Positions 29,594 through 39,900 of a stretch of 64,000 nucleotides of DNA are shown here, one piece after another. Each line of letters starts with the position of its first letter. Positions within the stretch are counted from its first letter, which is position 1. The translations under genes were made by a program, and so were the position numbers. The notes beneath the pieces were generated by a model. The model had not been told where the DNA came from. It ran no database searches and saw only the letters and a program-made list of their open reading frames with translations. Source of the DNA: Cyanobacteria bacterium P01_F01_bin.150 (GTDB lineage Bacteria; Cyanobacteriota; Cyanobacteriia; CAKZMO01); the NCBI GenBank assembly GCA_039189765.1, contig JBCCYL010000008.1, positions 64,001 through 128,000 of the forward strand. The letters are read 5' to 3'.

Positions 29594-32386
29594 GTGCAAC
29601 ATTTATATTGGCTTAATCAGCTTCAAACCCAACATCGCTCGCTTGTGGGTGAAACTGCTTATACCTTAGGAGTTGCCTCCCAAGCACAGTATCCTGTACT
29701 ACCGGGAATAGTGGTTAGTTCCTCTTCGTTTTGGCAGTTTCTAGAATCTATCAACTGGAGCGATCCGCTACTCGCAGATTTTCCCCATTCTCCGCTCCAT
29801 TTGGATATGGAAAATCCATCTCAACTGCAAGCGATCGCCCAGCGAATTCAATACCTCATTCATGCCCACTCTCTTCCGGAGCAACAGCAAGATACTATTT
29901 ATAAAGCCGTTCAGTCCCTGCACTCTCCTCTAATTCAGCTCCAACCATCCTTAAGTCTGGCCTCCACCCAGCAGACCCGTTCTAGAAAGTCAGCAGACAA
30001 ATCGAAGGACACGATCGCCCCCCTGCTGAATTCGGCCCTGCCGTTACTCGATACCCATATTTGTTATGCAAAACGTAGCGCACTCATAAACGCTATCCGG
30101 CAAATTTGGAGCAGCTTTTTTCGAGCTAGTCATCTGTTCTACTGGCAACAACTTGGTGTTCCCTTTCAGCAATTGCAATTAGCGATCTTAATTTGTCCTA
30201 CCACTTCTGCTTTGGCCTCAGGAACACTCAGCGTCAGTCATCAAAAAACAATTATTAAGGCCGTTTGGGGAATGGGATCTGGAGTAAAAACTGGTGATAT
30301 CCAGCCAGATATTTATTACCATCAAAGACATGATTATCTAGAAAATCATAACCCACCAACCCCTGATCCTCAGCCTGATATTGAATCCCCCAAAATAAGA
30401 ATCAAACGCTACGCCCATCTCCTTGCTGCGGAGAAACCCTCAGACGCTAAAGCTGAAGCTACAAGTATTGAAAGCGTTTATCATCTGCTATCCCACCAAC
30501 GAGCACACCAACCTGTTTTATCAGACCCATTAATCCAATACCTGACTCATCTGACTCAAGGCTTGACCCATGAAAGTGCCATGGCCAACCCAAAAGATTG
30601 GGTCATAGATTGGGTCATTTATCCTAGCTGGTCTGTGCCGTCAAAGGAGCATCAAGAGCCTTCACCTGACAATCAGCCATTTAATGGATGGCAGCATTCA
30701 GAGTCAATTTTTACGCGAATAGACGATTCAGCCTTAGACCTGACATCCCTGGTGCTTGAACAGAAACAGTATGCCGTCTACATCACTCAAATCTTGGCGA
30801 ATCCCCGTGAGATGATGCCTTCTGTAGCCACAAAAAATAGCTTAGCCCCCAATCCATCACGCTCACAGACGTCTTTCAAAGTTGCCTCTGCCGTTGATAT
30901 TGCTCTGGAGCACCAGCGCTCTAGGGCTAGGCACTGGCCTGTAGAAGAAGGCCAAAACACCACAGCTATTAACAGTTTCTCCACAGACAATTTGACTAGC
31001 ACTGAAAAGCTAAATTCTTATTCTGACTTAGCGGGCATTGGCACATCCTCGGGACAAGTCACTGCCCCATTGTGGGTCATGCCAGACACAAAGTCAGCCG
31101 ACCAAGACATTCCCGATAATCATATTTTGTTGACGAATTCAATTTCTCCCGTATGGTTAAATGCAATGCGGGGCGCTAAAGGAGTAATCAGCACTAAAGG
31201 CGGAATGACTTGCCATGCTGCAATTTTAGCCCGGGAATTGGGCATTCCATCCGTGATGGGCGTCACCGATGCCATGACTCGTTTTCAAACCGGGGACTGG
31301 ATTTATTTAGATGGAGATCGCGGTATTGTGACCCTATTGGCTCCAGCCAATAGCCCTGATGCTCTGGATTATCCTCCTGAAAACAGCACGAGCCATCAGG
31401 ACAACGACAGTAGTGAACGTAGTGTTGAGGCTGCTCAGCTCTCACCACTGTATCAACCTGAGCAGCATGGCCTACGCAAAATCGGTACCGCAACTCAACT
31501 AATGCTGAGTCTCAGTCAAATTCATCAGGTAGATGTTTTAGCTCAGCGTCCCGTAGATGGCATCGGTCTGATTCGATCCGAAATTATGTTGGCATCTCTC
31601 TTGCATCATCAGTCGCTTCAATCTTGGTTAACGCAAGATAACCGTTCACTGTTAGTTCAGACAATTTGCTATCACATTAAACAATTCGCTCAAGCCTTCT
31701 CTCCTCGCCCTGTATGGTATCGAACGTTAGATATGCGCAGCCATGAGCAGGGGCATCCTCCAGGACATGCCACAGTCATTAACAATCTGCTAGGCGTTCA
31801 TGGCACCATGAGCTATCAGCAAAATCCAGGATTTTTTATCGCAGAATTAGAAGCATTGCGCCAACTACAGCAAGAAGGCATCAAGAACATCAATATTATT
31901 TTGCCGTTTGTACGTACGGTGGAAGAATTTCAATTTTGCTACCAAACGATTCGAGAGATGGACGTAGATACGTCAGCCTGCGACGTTTGGATTATGGCAG
32001 AAGTGCCCTCCGTTCTCATGCTGCTACCAGATTATATTGAAGTCGGAATCCAAGGTATTGCAATTGGTAGCAACGACTTAACTCAAATGATGTTAGCGAC
32101 CGATCGCACCAATCCCATGATGCATAATGCTTTTCATGCTCCTCATCAATCTGTATTACGAGCGATTAAGCAACTGATTGTCACGGCACGTCAGGCAAAT
32201 ATCCCTTGCTCTCTCTGTGGTGAATTAGCCAGTCAGCATCCAGAAGTGATTGAAGATTTAATTCGGTGGGGGATTACGACTTTGTCCGTCAGTCCTGATG
32301 CACTTGAGCAAACCCATCGTGAAGTTCTACGCGCTGAAAAACGCTTGTTTCTAGAGTGGGGTAGAAATGCTCACCGTAATAGTTAA
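29594..32386 (+). CDS. PEP synthase/PPDK-like PEP-utilising protein with degenerate N-terminal domain
   Basis: GGMTCHAAILARELGIP phospho-His domain; DGIGLIRSE, MAEVPS, IGSNDLTQ, CG barrel motifs. Confidence 0.85.
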   Translation: MQHLYWLNQLQTQHRSLVGETAYTLGVASQAQYPVLPGIVVSSSSFWQFLESINWSDPLLADFPHSPLHLDMENPSQLQAIAQRIQYLIHAHSLPEQQQDTIYKAVQSLHSPLIQLQPSLSLASTQQTRSRKSADKSKDTIAPLLNSALPLLDTHICYAKRSALINAIRQIWSSFFRASHLFYWQQLGVPFQQLQLAILICPTTSALASGTLSVSHQKTIIKAVWGMGSGVKTGDIQPDIYYHQRHDYLENHNPPTPDPQPDIESPKIRIKRYAHLLAAEKPSDAKAEATSIESVYHLLSHQRAHQPVLSDPLIQYLTHLTQGLTHESAMANPKDWVIDWVIYPSWSVPSKEHQEPSPDNQPFNGWQHSESIFTRIDDSALDLTSLVLEQKQYAVYITQILANPREMMPSVATKNSLAPNPSRSQTSFKVASAVDIALEHQRSRARHWPVEEGQNTTAINSFSTDNLTSTEKLNSYSDLAGIGTSSGQVTAPLWVMPDTKSADQDIPDNHILLTNSISPVWLNAMRGAKGVISTKGGMTCHAAILARELGIPSVMGVTDAMTRFQTGDWIYLDGDRGIVTLLAPANSPDALDYPPENSTSHQDNDSSERSVEAAQLSPLYQPEQHGLRKIGTATQLMLSLSQIHQVDVLAQRPVDGIGLIRSEIMLASLLHHQSLQSWLTQDNRSLLVQTICYHIKQFAQAFSPRPVWYRTLDMRSHEQGHPPGHATVINNLLGVHGTMSYQQNPGFFIAELEALRQLQQEGIKNINIILPFVRTVEEFQFCYQTIREMDVDTSACDVWIMAEVPSVLMLLPDYIEVGIQGIAIGSNDLTQMMLATDRTNPMMHNAFHAPHQSVLRAIKQLIVTARQANIPCSLCGELASQHPEVIEDLIRWGITTLSVSPDALEQTHREVLRAEKRLFLEWGRNAHRNS

Positions 32387-32463
32387 AGTAGCCCACAAGA
32401 CTTACATTGTAAGCTGATGTTATGAGGTGCTTCGCACTTACAGAACCTCCGCCCCATTCCCAA

Positions 32464-34269
32464 TTAAGCTGTCGCATGGTTTATGGAATTCAAATAATAC
32501 GACTCAGTGACCTTCAATGACGGTGAAGATGAAGCGATCGCACTCACTCCAGAGAATTCACTAACGACAGTTGGTTGGTTGTGCGGGGACACATTTCCAA
32601 GCGTTTCATTCAGCTGCATGGGCAAGATTACGGTAAACGTAGTGCCTTGCCCTAATTGTGACGCACACAGAAGTTTGCCTTGATGCTGTTCCTCAATAAT
32701 CTGTTGACTAATCGATAAGCCTAAACCAGTCCCTACACCAGAGGGTTTTGTTGTAAACAAAGCATCAAAAATCCGAGGTAAATGTTCAGGGTCAATTCCA
32801 GGGCCGTTATCTTTAATATGAACCGACACTGCTGAACTATTGGGTTGAAGCTGAGTTGTAATCGTAATTTTTGGATGTCGCTGTTGAGAGGCTAACAGAG
32901 CATCAATCCCATTGTTAATCAAATTGGTAAATACCTGATATAGCGGACCAGAATAGCCTGGAATTAGAGGTAAATCACTATAATCTTGCACAACCATAAT
33001 TCCTCGTTTGAGGCGATTACTAAGAATAATCAAAGTATCCTGTAAACACGCCTGAAGATTGACGAGGGTTGGCTTAGAATCATCTAAGCGAGAAAAATTC
33101 CGCAAGCTTAGGGCAATTTGCTTGGCTCGTTCTGAACCTACTGACATAGACTGAATCAATTTGGGCAAATCTTCTTCAATAAAGTCTCGATCAATCTCTT
33201 CTATTTTGGCAAGAATCTCTTCTGGCACTTGGGCTAACGTTTCATCATAAACATGCAGCAGACTAAATAAATCATTAATGTAATTATTGGCGTGCTTCAG
33301 ATTGCCATGAATACAATTCACCGGATTATTAATCTCGTGGGCGACTTCAGACACCATACGACCCAGCATCGCCATTTTTTCATTTTGAAATAGTTCTTGC
33401 ATGGAGGCCGATTGGCGCTGTTGCTCCAGCAATGCCCCCACTCGATAGATCAACTGGTTAATCGCAATCGCTAAGCTTCCCACCTCGTCATCAGTATTGA
33501 CCATCACCCTCAAGTCAAAATTTTCGTCCTGCGTCACCTGCTGAGCCGTTTGAGTTACAGCAGCTAAAGGATGGGCGATCGCTCGACTCAAGTGCCATGA
33601 CAGAATCGTCGAAATAATGATAGATAACGCCAGGCTAGAGAGAATCATTTTCATCCTCAGCACCTCGGCTTCATGGAGGGCAGCACCAGCCAATACCTCA
33701 TAGTTATGGGCCACTTGATTCAGCGGAAAAAGCTGGTTAGGAAATTCAATAAAAGCAATAAATTCTTGACTTTTTAATAGTTCCAACAGTAATCCACGAA
33801 CAGTCTTAGCATGCTCTGGTGAGCCAATCAGCGGATCCACCATGTCGAGCACAGTTCGAGTTTTTTTAATCAACCGATCAATGGTCTGCTCATAATCCTG
33901 TAGCAAAGCAGGTAAATCCGTCAGCACAGGTGAATAACCATGACGATTGTAAGCCACTATATCCGATTGAATCGCTTCCATCCGCCACAGTAAGGCTTGG
34001 CTTTCTCTCTGAAAATCTTCCGACGAATGAATGTGGGGGAGAAGCTGTTTAGCCGGACGATTGTAAAGGATATCAATTTGTAACTGGTTTAGAAATTTCT
34101 GTTCTTGAGCGGCTTGATTACGAAGGGTTAACGCTCGCTGTTGGTAATGATTGCCGAGCCATACTCCATTTAGAGTGCCCAAAGTCGCTACGCCTAGGGC
34201 GATCGCATACCCTCCAATCAATTTATGTTTTAGTTTCACCGCATTTTCTCTCCACTGCCATCGCTGCAT
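32464..34269 (-). CDS. HAMP sensor histidine kinase
   Basis: Two TMs, HAMP (DEVGSLA), AHEINNP H-box, QVFTNLINN, DNGPG, FTTK, GTGLGL. Confidence 0.93.
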   Translation of the reverse strand: MQRWQWRENAVKLKHKLIGGYAIALGVATLGTLNGVWLGNHYQQRALTLRNQAAQEQKFLNQLQIDILYNRPAKQLLPHIHSSEDFQRESQALLWRMEAIQSDIVAYNRHGYSPVLTDLPALLQDYEQTIDRLIKKTRTVLDMVDPLIGSPEHAKTVRGLLLELLKSQEFIAFIEFPNQLFPLNQVAHNYEVLAGAALHEAEVLRMKMILSSLALSIIISTILSWHLSRAIAHPLAAVTQTAQQVTQDENFDLRVMVNTDDEVGSLAIAINQLIYRVGALLEQQRQSASMQELFQNEKMAMLGRMVSEVAHEINNPVNCIHGNLKHANNYINDLFSLLHVYDETLAQVPEEILAKIEEIDRDFIEEDLPKLIQSMSVGSERAKQIALSLRNFSRLDDSKPTLVNLQACLQDTLIILSNRLKRGIMVVQDYSDLPLIPGYSGPLYQVFTNLINNGIDALLASQQRHPKITITTQLQPNSSAVSVHIKDNGPGIDPEHLPRIFDALFTTKPSGVGTGLGLSISQQIIEEQHQGKLLCASQLGQGTTFTVILPMQLNETLGNVSPHNQPTVVSEFSGVSAIASSSPSLKVTESYYLNSINHATA

Positions 34270-34321
34270 CTAACACTGAACGAGGGCACACACCCAGATC
34301 ATCTCAAGTCCCACGCCAATA

Positions 34322-34403
34322 TGGTGATCGCCACTCTGATTAGGACGTTTTTGGTCCCCCGCTGCGCGGAGGAGCAAAAACGTCTATGTCCTAACTAAAG
34401 TGA
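34322..34403. mobile_element. MITE-like element with CCGCTGCGCGG core (family B)
   Basis: Inverted ends CACTCTGATTAGGAC/GTCCTAACTAAAGTG, inner stem GACGTTTTTG/CAAAAACGTC, flanking direct repeat CCACGCCAATA (34311-34321, 34404-34414). Confidence 0.7.
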
Positions 34404-34551
34404 CCACGCCAATAACTACTGTAGCCATGACACTATGAGAGTGATTTACTTTAATGTTCCCAAATTCAGATAGTGGATTGCGATGAGCAGCCCGTATTTT
34501 AAGGCGAGATCCCGATTCCCCATACACCCTAGCTTCAATTAAAACGTCCGT

Positions 34552-36237
34552 TTAACCATGGATAACAGAAACAGTAAGCCCAGTAGACGTAGAGGCAGAA
34601 TCTAAACGGGTGCGTTCGTGACAAGAAAGGCGATCGCATCGTTGATCAATCATTATGAGACAAGCATAGGGAGTCTCTGGAGTTTCTGATAAATTAGCAG
34701 ACAAAGAAACAGGGTCTTCTGCCTCTTGATTAATAGAGTGTTCAAGCCGGGATAAGCCCAATTCTAAGGGTTCCGGATTGCCCTCACTCCACACGATCAC
34801 CTGGACCAAAAGGACCAAAGACTGGCTGGGCGTTACCATCTGCAGAGTCAAGCTCATTGAGTGGTCTTGAAAACGATAGGCAGCATTGAGAACACCGTGG
34901 GGAGCAGTTAGACGATGGCAAAATGCCATAACCGCCATGTAAGGCGCAATGGACTCATAAATGACTGTTTGCATTAAAGCATCGCCTTGAGATTGCCACA
35001 GCGTGACAAACGCATCCCAAACTTGCTGGACGTTCACCGTACCGTCCAAAGTTATCCAAGTTGATTTTATTGACCCCAGAGAGGCGATCGCAGGCATAGC
35101 TAATTGACGCAGAATCACGTCACGGTATAGAGGATTCGAAATCACTAATCCCCCTGCGGCGTCAAACCGACAGATTCCTGTTGCCACCACCATCTGAATC
35201 TGCTGATTCGTGGGCCGCCGCAACACTTTCTCCGTCAACACAGGCTCTAAAATAGCTTGAAATTGTTGTAATCTCGCAGGTAAATGATCTAATGGAAAAG
35301 GATAGTTGATGGAGGATTGACACAGAATGTGGGCAGCAGCAGATTCGATGTGGTGAGGTTCAATGGGGTCCTCAGTTTGAGCAACCGCGTACTGGGCAAT
35401 CGCATTCACTAACCACGGCTGTCCCTGGGTCACTTCAAAAGCACGATCCACAGCTTCTAGCGTAAATAACTGTCCTGTGGCATTGGTATGCTTTTGATAC
35501 ACATTAGCCACCTCCTCTAAGGAAAAGAATTGAAGCTCTAGGGTAGCAGTGCGCATGCCATGAAAAACACCACCAGGGGTTGGGAGAAACAAGTCTCCTG
35601 CCAGATTTTTATCGGGATTCTTGACATCTAATTCATCGCCAGACCAGTAATTGAGATCTTGAAGAGCCATGAGGGCAATAGATTGGGGAAAAGGCTGAGG
35701 ACGTTGGTTTAAGCCACTCGCCAATTGCCTCAACAGAAAAAGGAGTGAGCGCCCCCGTAAAGTATCCACATCATCAATAAACAACACCAGTGGCCGTGGA
35801 CAAACATTGGCCCAAGCCGCCAGCGCTGCACGAATCCGCTGTCCGGCTACCTGATAGCCCCAATCTGGTGGTTGACAGTCTTCTGGTAGACGATGAGCCG
35901 CTGCTCGCAGCTCATACAAAAATGCGTCTTCAACGATCGCACTCCTGCCCGACCACTCATTAGGCGCTTTATAAGGCCATTTATCTGATTCCAAGCCAGC
36001 CAAACTCGCTGCAGAGACTAAAAGTGCAGCATATTTTCCCCGTTTAGTGAGTTCCATTGCCCACAGTTGCATAACCGTTGTCTTACCGGTCTGACTCGGC
36101 CCATACAGCCAAAAGCAGCCCGATTGATCAACCAAGGCCTTCACTTGAGATAACCGTTCCTTTGCATCTAAAACATAGTGCTCTTTTGGGTTACAAGCTC
36201 CAACTGTGTTAAATCGACGTGTCATGAAAAATGCCAA
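34552..36237 (-). CDS. AAA-like P-loop ATPase with C-terminal PD-(D/E)XK-like remnant
   Basis: RRFNTVG.C....HY, GPSQTGKTT, LFIDD.D, T.GQPWLVNA, NP.YR; start may be 36225. Confidence 0.8.
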   Translation of the reverse strand: MAFFMTRRFNTVGACNPKEHYVLDAKERLSQVKALVDQSGCFWLYGPSQTGKTTVMQLWAMELTKRGKYAALLVSAASLAGLESDKWPYKAPNEWSGRSAIVEDAFLYELRAAAHRLPEDCQPPDWGYQVAGQRIRAALAAWANVCPRPLVLFIDDVDTLRGRSLLFLLRQLASGLNQRPQPFPQSIALMALQDLNYWSGDELDVKNPDKNLAGDLFLPTPGGVFHGMRTATLELQFFSLEEVANVYQKHTNATGQLFTLEAVDRAFEVTQGQPWLVNAIAQYAVAQTEDPIEPHHIESAAAHILCQSSINYPFPLDHLPARLQQFQAILEPVLTEKVLRRPTNQQIQMVVATGICRFDAAGGLVISNPLYRDVILRQLAMPAIASLGSIKSTWITLDGTVNVQQVWDAFVTLWQSQGDALMQTVIYESIAPYMAVMAFCHRLTAPHGVLNAAYRFQDHSMSLTLQMVTPSQSLVLLVQVIVWSEGNPEPLELGLSRLEHSINQEAEDPVSLSANLSETPETPYACLIMIDQRCDRLSCHERTRLDSASTSTGLTVSVIHG

Positions 36238-36448
36238 AGGGAGTTGTTTACAGATAGCCTACACGTTTTGTGCGTGGGTCAGTAACAAGCTCAAATATAC
36301 ATGCGGTGTTTTATGAATCAGCAGGGCAAACAGGATCAATTCACGTTTCTTATATTCAGTAAGACCCTTAAGTCATGAAGATACCTGTCAAAACTCGTGA
36401 TTCAGTGCGTTATTCTGCTAATTTTCTTAAATACCTTTTGGACGCGCT

Positions 36449-36898
36449 ATGACCCTTTTCAAATTTGAAGATGACTTTGTTCAGTCCCTGCGCTGTATTC
36501 CAATGAAAGTTAGACTCAAGTTAGACACCTGTGGAGTCAAGCTCAAGCTGGATCATTGGAATGAACTCTCCCTAGATGAGCGATCAGCCTTACTAGAAAT
36601 GCCCTGTGCAAGTACACTAGACGCTAAAAATTATCGTATTCACTTACAAGAACTGATAGTGCGATACACAGGAGAACCGGCAAAAGAGTTGGACGTTAAT
36701 CCTAATCCTCCATGGTTAGACTCAACCTTTATTCCCCAAGCAGTTCAAGATAAATCACAATCGCTGAATATATCCATTACGCAAAAACAATGGGCAAAAC
36801 TGACTCCTCTTCAGCGTTTTGCCTTAATTAAGCTGAGTCGTCCCAGCCATGAGAATCGCAATTTTTTACCTGCAATGCAAGAATTCCATTTAACCTAA
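36449..36898 (+). CDS. Nitrate reductase-associated protein (NarM-like)
   Basis: F.FE.DF..SLRCIPM.VR.KLDTCGVKLKL.HW...LQRFALIKLSRPSHEN.NFLPAM.EF. Confidence 0.88.
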   Translation: MTLFKFEDDFVQSLRCIPMKVRLKLDTCGVKLKLDHWNELSLDERSALLEMPCASTLDAKNYRIHLQELIVRYTGEPAKELDVNPNPPWLDSTFIPQAVQDKSQSLNISITQKQWAKLTPLQRFALIKLSRPSHENRNFLPAMQEFHLT

Positions 36899-36924
36899 TC
36901 CATACCTGTCACGACTTGGCAACG

Positions 36925-37002
36925 TAGTGCTCTTTCAACCTTAAGAATTGGGGTAAATCCCCCTGGGCTTTACCCCAAAATTAAAACTTGCAAAATCAGT
37001 AG
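36925..37002. repeat. Palindromic dispersed element, family C, copy 1
   Basis: TAGTGC..TCAACC..AATTGGGGTAAATCCC..GGGCTTTACCCCAA; similar to 56247-56321. Confidence 0.6.
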
Positions 37003-37012
37003 CTCCGATGTG

Positions 37013-37723
37013 TTATTTACGGATAGAAACAGAGGGCCGATATTGGGTCAAAAATGGAACAGCAGACAAAAGTGCCAATAGCCCCAGGGATAGCATCAAT
37101 GGGAGCATTCCTTTGCCATTCCAGGCATCCCACCCAGTCACTCCCAACCAAGTGTATGCAAGAGTACCAGGAATAATGCCAACAAATGTGCCGACAGTGT
37201 AGGTCTTAAAACGCACACGGGTAAGACCAAATAGAAAATTAACGACTGAAAACGGAGAAATGGGCGCAAAGCGAATCGCCAGAACGCAGCTTAAATCATT
37301 ATGTTTAACAAGCCGATTTATTTTCTTCAAAGCAGTATGGTGGCTAAATCGTTGCTCTACCCAGTGACGCAAACAATACCGGGCAAGACAAAAGGCAGCG
37401 ATCGCCCCTAACGTTGCCCCCACCACAGACCATACGGTTCCCCAAAATAGACCAAATACAAGCCCACCGATAAAGACTAAAAAGGTACCTGGAACGCCTA
37501 CCAAAGCAGCAACGGTATGAGCGACAAGAAAAATAGCGACGCTCCAATCACCATGCTGGTTCAAATATTGCACCCAGGCCGCTTGGTCAAAGACGATTCC
37601 AAACCGAGCCATCACCGCAGTATTTCTCAGCGATCCAATGCAAACAGCCAATATTGTCCCCAGGATGACAAAACCCAGGAACGTACGCCAGCGATGCCAA
37701 AGACATTTCGAAAACAGTGACAT
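37013..37723 (-). CDS. TVP38/TMEM64 (DedA/VTT) membrane protein
   Basis: PG......GG.VFG...G..WS..GAT.GA..AF.LARY; RFAPISPFSVVNFLFGLT. Confidence 0.92.
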   Translation of the reverse strand: MSLFSKCLWHRWRTFLGFVILGTILAVCIGSLRNTAVMARFGIVFDQAAWVQYLNQHGDWSVAIFLVAHTVAALVGVPGTFLVFIGGLVFGLFWGTVWSVVGATLGAIAAFCLARYCLRHWVEQRFSHHTALKKINRLVKHNDLSCVLAIRFAPISPFSVVNFLFGLTRVRFKTYTVGTFVGIIPGTLAYTWLGVTGWDAWNGKGMLPLMLSLGLLALLSAVPFLTQYRPSVSIRK

Positions 37724-37895
37724 AATCCAATCGCGAATACCAGTGAGGACTGAAGTCTATAAGCTGAATTATGTATGAAAATGGTTACCAATACCTGAAA
37801 GCATCCTTAAAAACCACGGAAAAATCCTAGTTTATGCGTGAGTTTAATATTGGCGCACACTAAACCCAAACTTTACAATATTGGCAAATGCTCCA

Positions 37896-39617
37896 TTAAA
37901 AGCGATCGCCAATATTAAACAGCAGCCCCGTATCGCCATTGTCTGCAATCCCAAACTCCAGCCGTACCGGGCCAATGGGAGTCCGTGCCCGTAGACCCAA
38001 GCCATACCCTAAGCCTGCCCCTGGTTTATCGCGAATTTCAGCAGGTTCGCCCAAAATAGTGTCTCCGGATCCGAGATCATTGGCGTAATCCACAAACAAC
38101 AACCCACCAATATCGATATCTTCCTTGAAGGCTGTAAAGTCGAAAATCGGGAAGCGATATTCAGCAGTTGCCTGTAAAAAGCTGCGGCCACTGCCCACAT
38201 CGCCTGAATCATAACCACGTACAGAACTACTGCCTCCCAAGCTAAAGGCTTCATAGGGAGGTAAATCGCCAATAAACGTTCCCCCTTGAAGATTTAACAC
38301 CAGAGTTTGGGGACCATCGTCAAACCCAAAAATCGGCATGGGGATAAAGCGTGTATAGTTAGCCGCCAGACGATTGGCAAATACGTCTGCATCACCCACT
38401 GGAATAAACTGATCGGTGCGGAAAAGGAGGCGATCGCCCTCCGTCGGGTACTGATTATCATCGCGACGGTCCCAGGCTGAGGCGAAGGACAAGGACAACA
38501 GGTCATCCCTTCCATCGCCACTAATACTTAGGTCGTTACCCAGTTCATCATCGGTAAAAATATCGTCGGTAAACGCATCATCTCTGATAGAAACGCTCTG
38601 GTAGGACAGCCCTGTGGCGACAGCAAAATCCGAGGAATAGGAGCGAAAAACCTCCACGCCTCCCCCTAAGCGATGTACCCATGGATCGCGATCGTTGGCT
38701 AGCTCAACCTCGCGATCGCCCCCATTAAATACGGTTTGTACTTCTCGACGATTAAAGAAATTAACGGCCACACCAGTACGATGCTGACCATCCAAGAGCC
38801 ACGGATTTGTATAGTTAATATCAAAGCTGGCAACGCTTTCGCCGCCCTCAACCCCTAAAGCAAGGGTCTGGTTATAGCCCAGTAAATTAGTGAGTTGAAA
38901 TTGAAGCCCGTTAGAAATACCGCCGCTTCGACTGGTTCCTGGCAATACCGTTGCCGGTTCGGTCGGTCCCATTAAAGCAGTAGGATGGGGCAAGGTTAAC
39001 CCAAAGGCAACCGGAAAAGGACGCTTTTCATCGACCGTAATCAGCATTACTGCTTCTCCTGATGCTCCGGGCTGGAGAGATACAGTGGCTGTTCGCACAA
39101 TATCCAAGTTTAGAACACGCTGTAAACCAGCCTTAGCTAACTCAGCATCATAGGCATCGCCGATAGTCAGATCAAACTCACGGGTAATGATAAACGGACG
39201 GGTGTGGCCATCTACCGGTTGTCCATCATCCACATACTGGACTTGAATATCTGTTAATCGCTCTCCACTGCCCTCAGGCACTTCTGCGTCGTTAGCATCA
39301 CTACCAAACTCAGACATGCGATCCTGGGCAAATAGCGATGGAGTATTATAGGTTGGTTGCACTAGCTGACCCGGCTGACCCAGCGATTGACGATCTTCCG
39401 TATTAAGTCTCTGCCAGGAAGGAACCGGAAGCATATTCGAGTTAGCTGATGGTGCCCTGTCCTCCGGGGCTACCATCGTCAATGATGCTGCAAGGGGAGC
39501 CTCCGCCCAGCTAGGAAAAGCGATAGCAACATTTGCCACACTCACCATCGCGGCTCCTGCTATCGGTCTAACAATTTTGTGAATCGTCCATCCCAAACAC
39601 TGATGTCCCAAAACCAT
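37896..39617 (-). CDS. Omp85 (BamA/TamA family) outer-membrane protein with about one POTRA domain
   Basis: T.PFIITREF POTRA, F.LGGSSSVRGY, AEYRFPI, G.G.R..TPIGPVRLEFG, C-terminal F. Confidence 0.9.
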   Translation of the reverse strand: MVLGHQCLGWTIHKIVRPIAGAAMVSVANVAIAFPSWAEAPLAASLTMVAPEDRAPSANSNMLPVPSWQRLNTEDRQSLGQPGQLVQPTYNTPSLFAQDRMSEFGSDANDAEVPEGSGERLTDIQVQYVDDGQPVDGHTRPFIITREFDLTIGDAYDAELAKAGLQRVLNLDIVRTATVSLQPGASGEAVMLITVDEKRPFPVAFGLTLPHPTALMGPTEPATVLPGTSRSGGISNGLQFQLTNLLGYNQTLALGVEGGESVASFDINYTNPWLLDGQHRTGVAVNFFNRREVQTVFNGGDREVELANDRDPWVHRLGGGVEVFRSYSSDFAVATGLSYQSVSIRDDAFTDDIFTDDELGNDLSISGDGRDDLLSLSFASAWDRRDDNQYPTEGDRLLFRTDQFIPVGDADVFANRLAANYTRFIPMPIFGFDDGPQTLVLNLQGGTFIGDLPPYEAFSLGGSSSVRGYDSGDVGSGRSFLQATAEYRFPIFDFTAFKEDIDIGGLLFVDYANDLGSGDTILGEPAEIRDKPGAGLGYGLGLRARTPIGPVRLEFGIADNGDTGLLFNIGDRF

Positions 39618-39817
39618 ACTTATTCCTCACATCGCTACAGGGGTATCAACTAGAAATTCAGTTCCTCATACCCAAATTGTGCCTGGAGTCCTCTAAATTT
39701 TCCACAGATATTACGTTCCATAATCTCTGGGAACATTATGATCATGCACTACGTCAGAAATATTTAATATCTTTTTCTAAACGCAAAAGTTAGAAAAACT
39801 AATGAGAGATCCGCTGC

Positions 39818-39835
39818 TTTCTCAGGAATTTCTCA
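39818..39835 (+). promoter_or_regulatory. Putative OmpR/PhoB-type direct-repeat site TTTCTCA-N4-TTTCTCA
   Basis: Exact 7-bp repeat with 11-bp period, 65 bp upstream of the Cys-rich gene. Confidence 0.4.
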
Positions 39836-39900
39836 TAAACAGGCAGTTTACTGAGAGAGACTCATAGCTATCGTCTTAAAAAATGTTTTAGAGGGAATCC

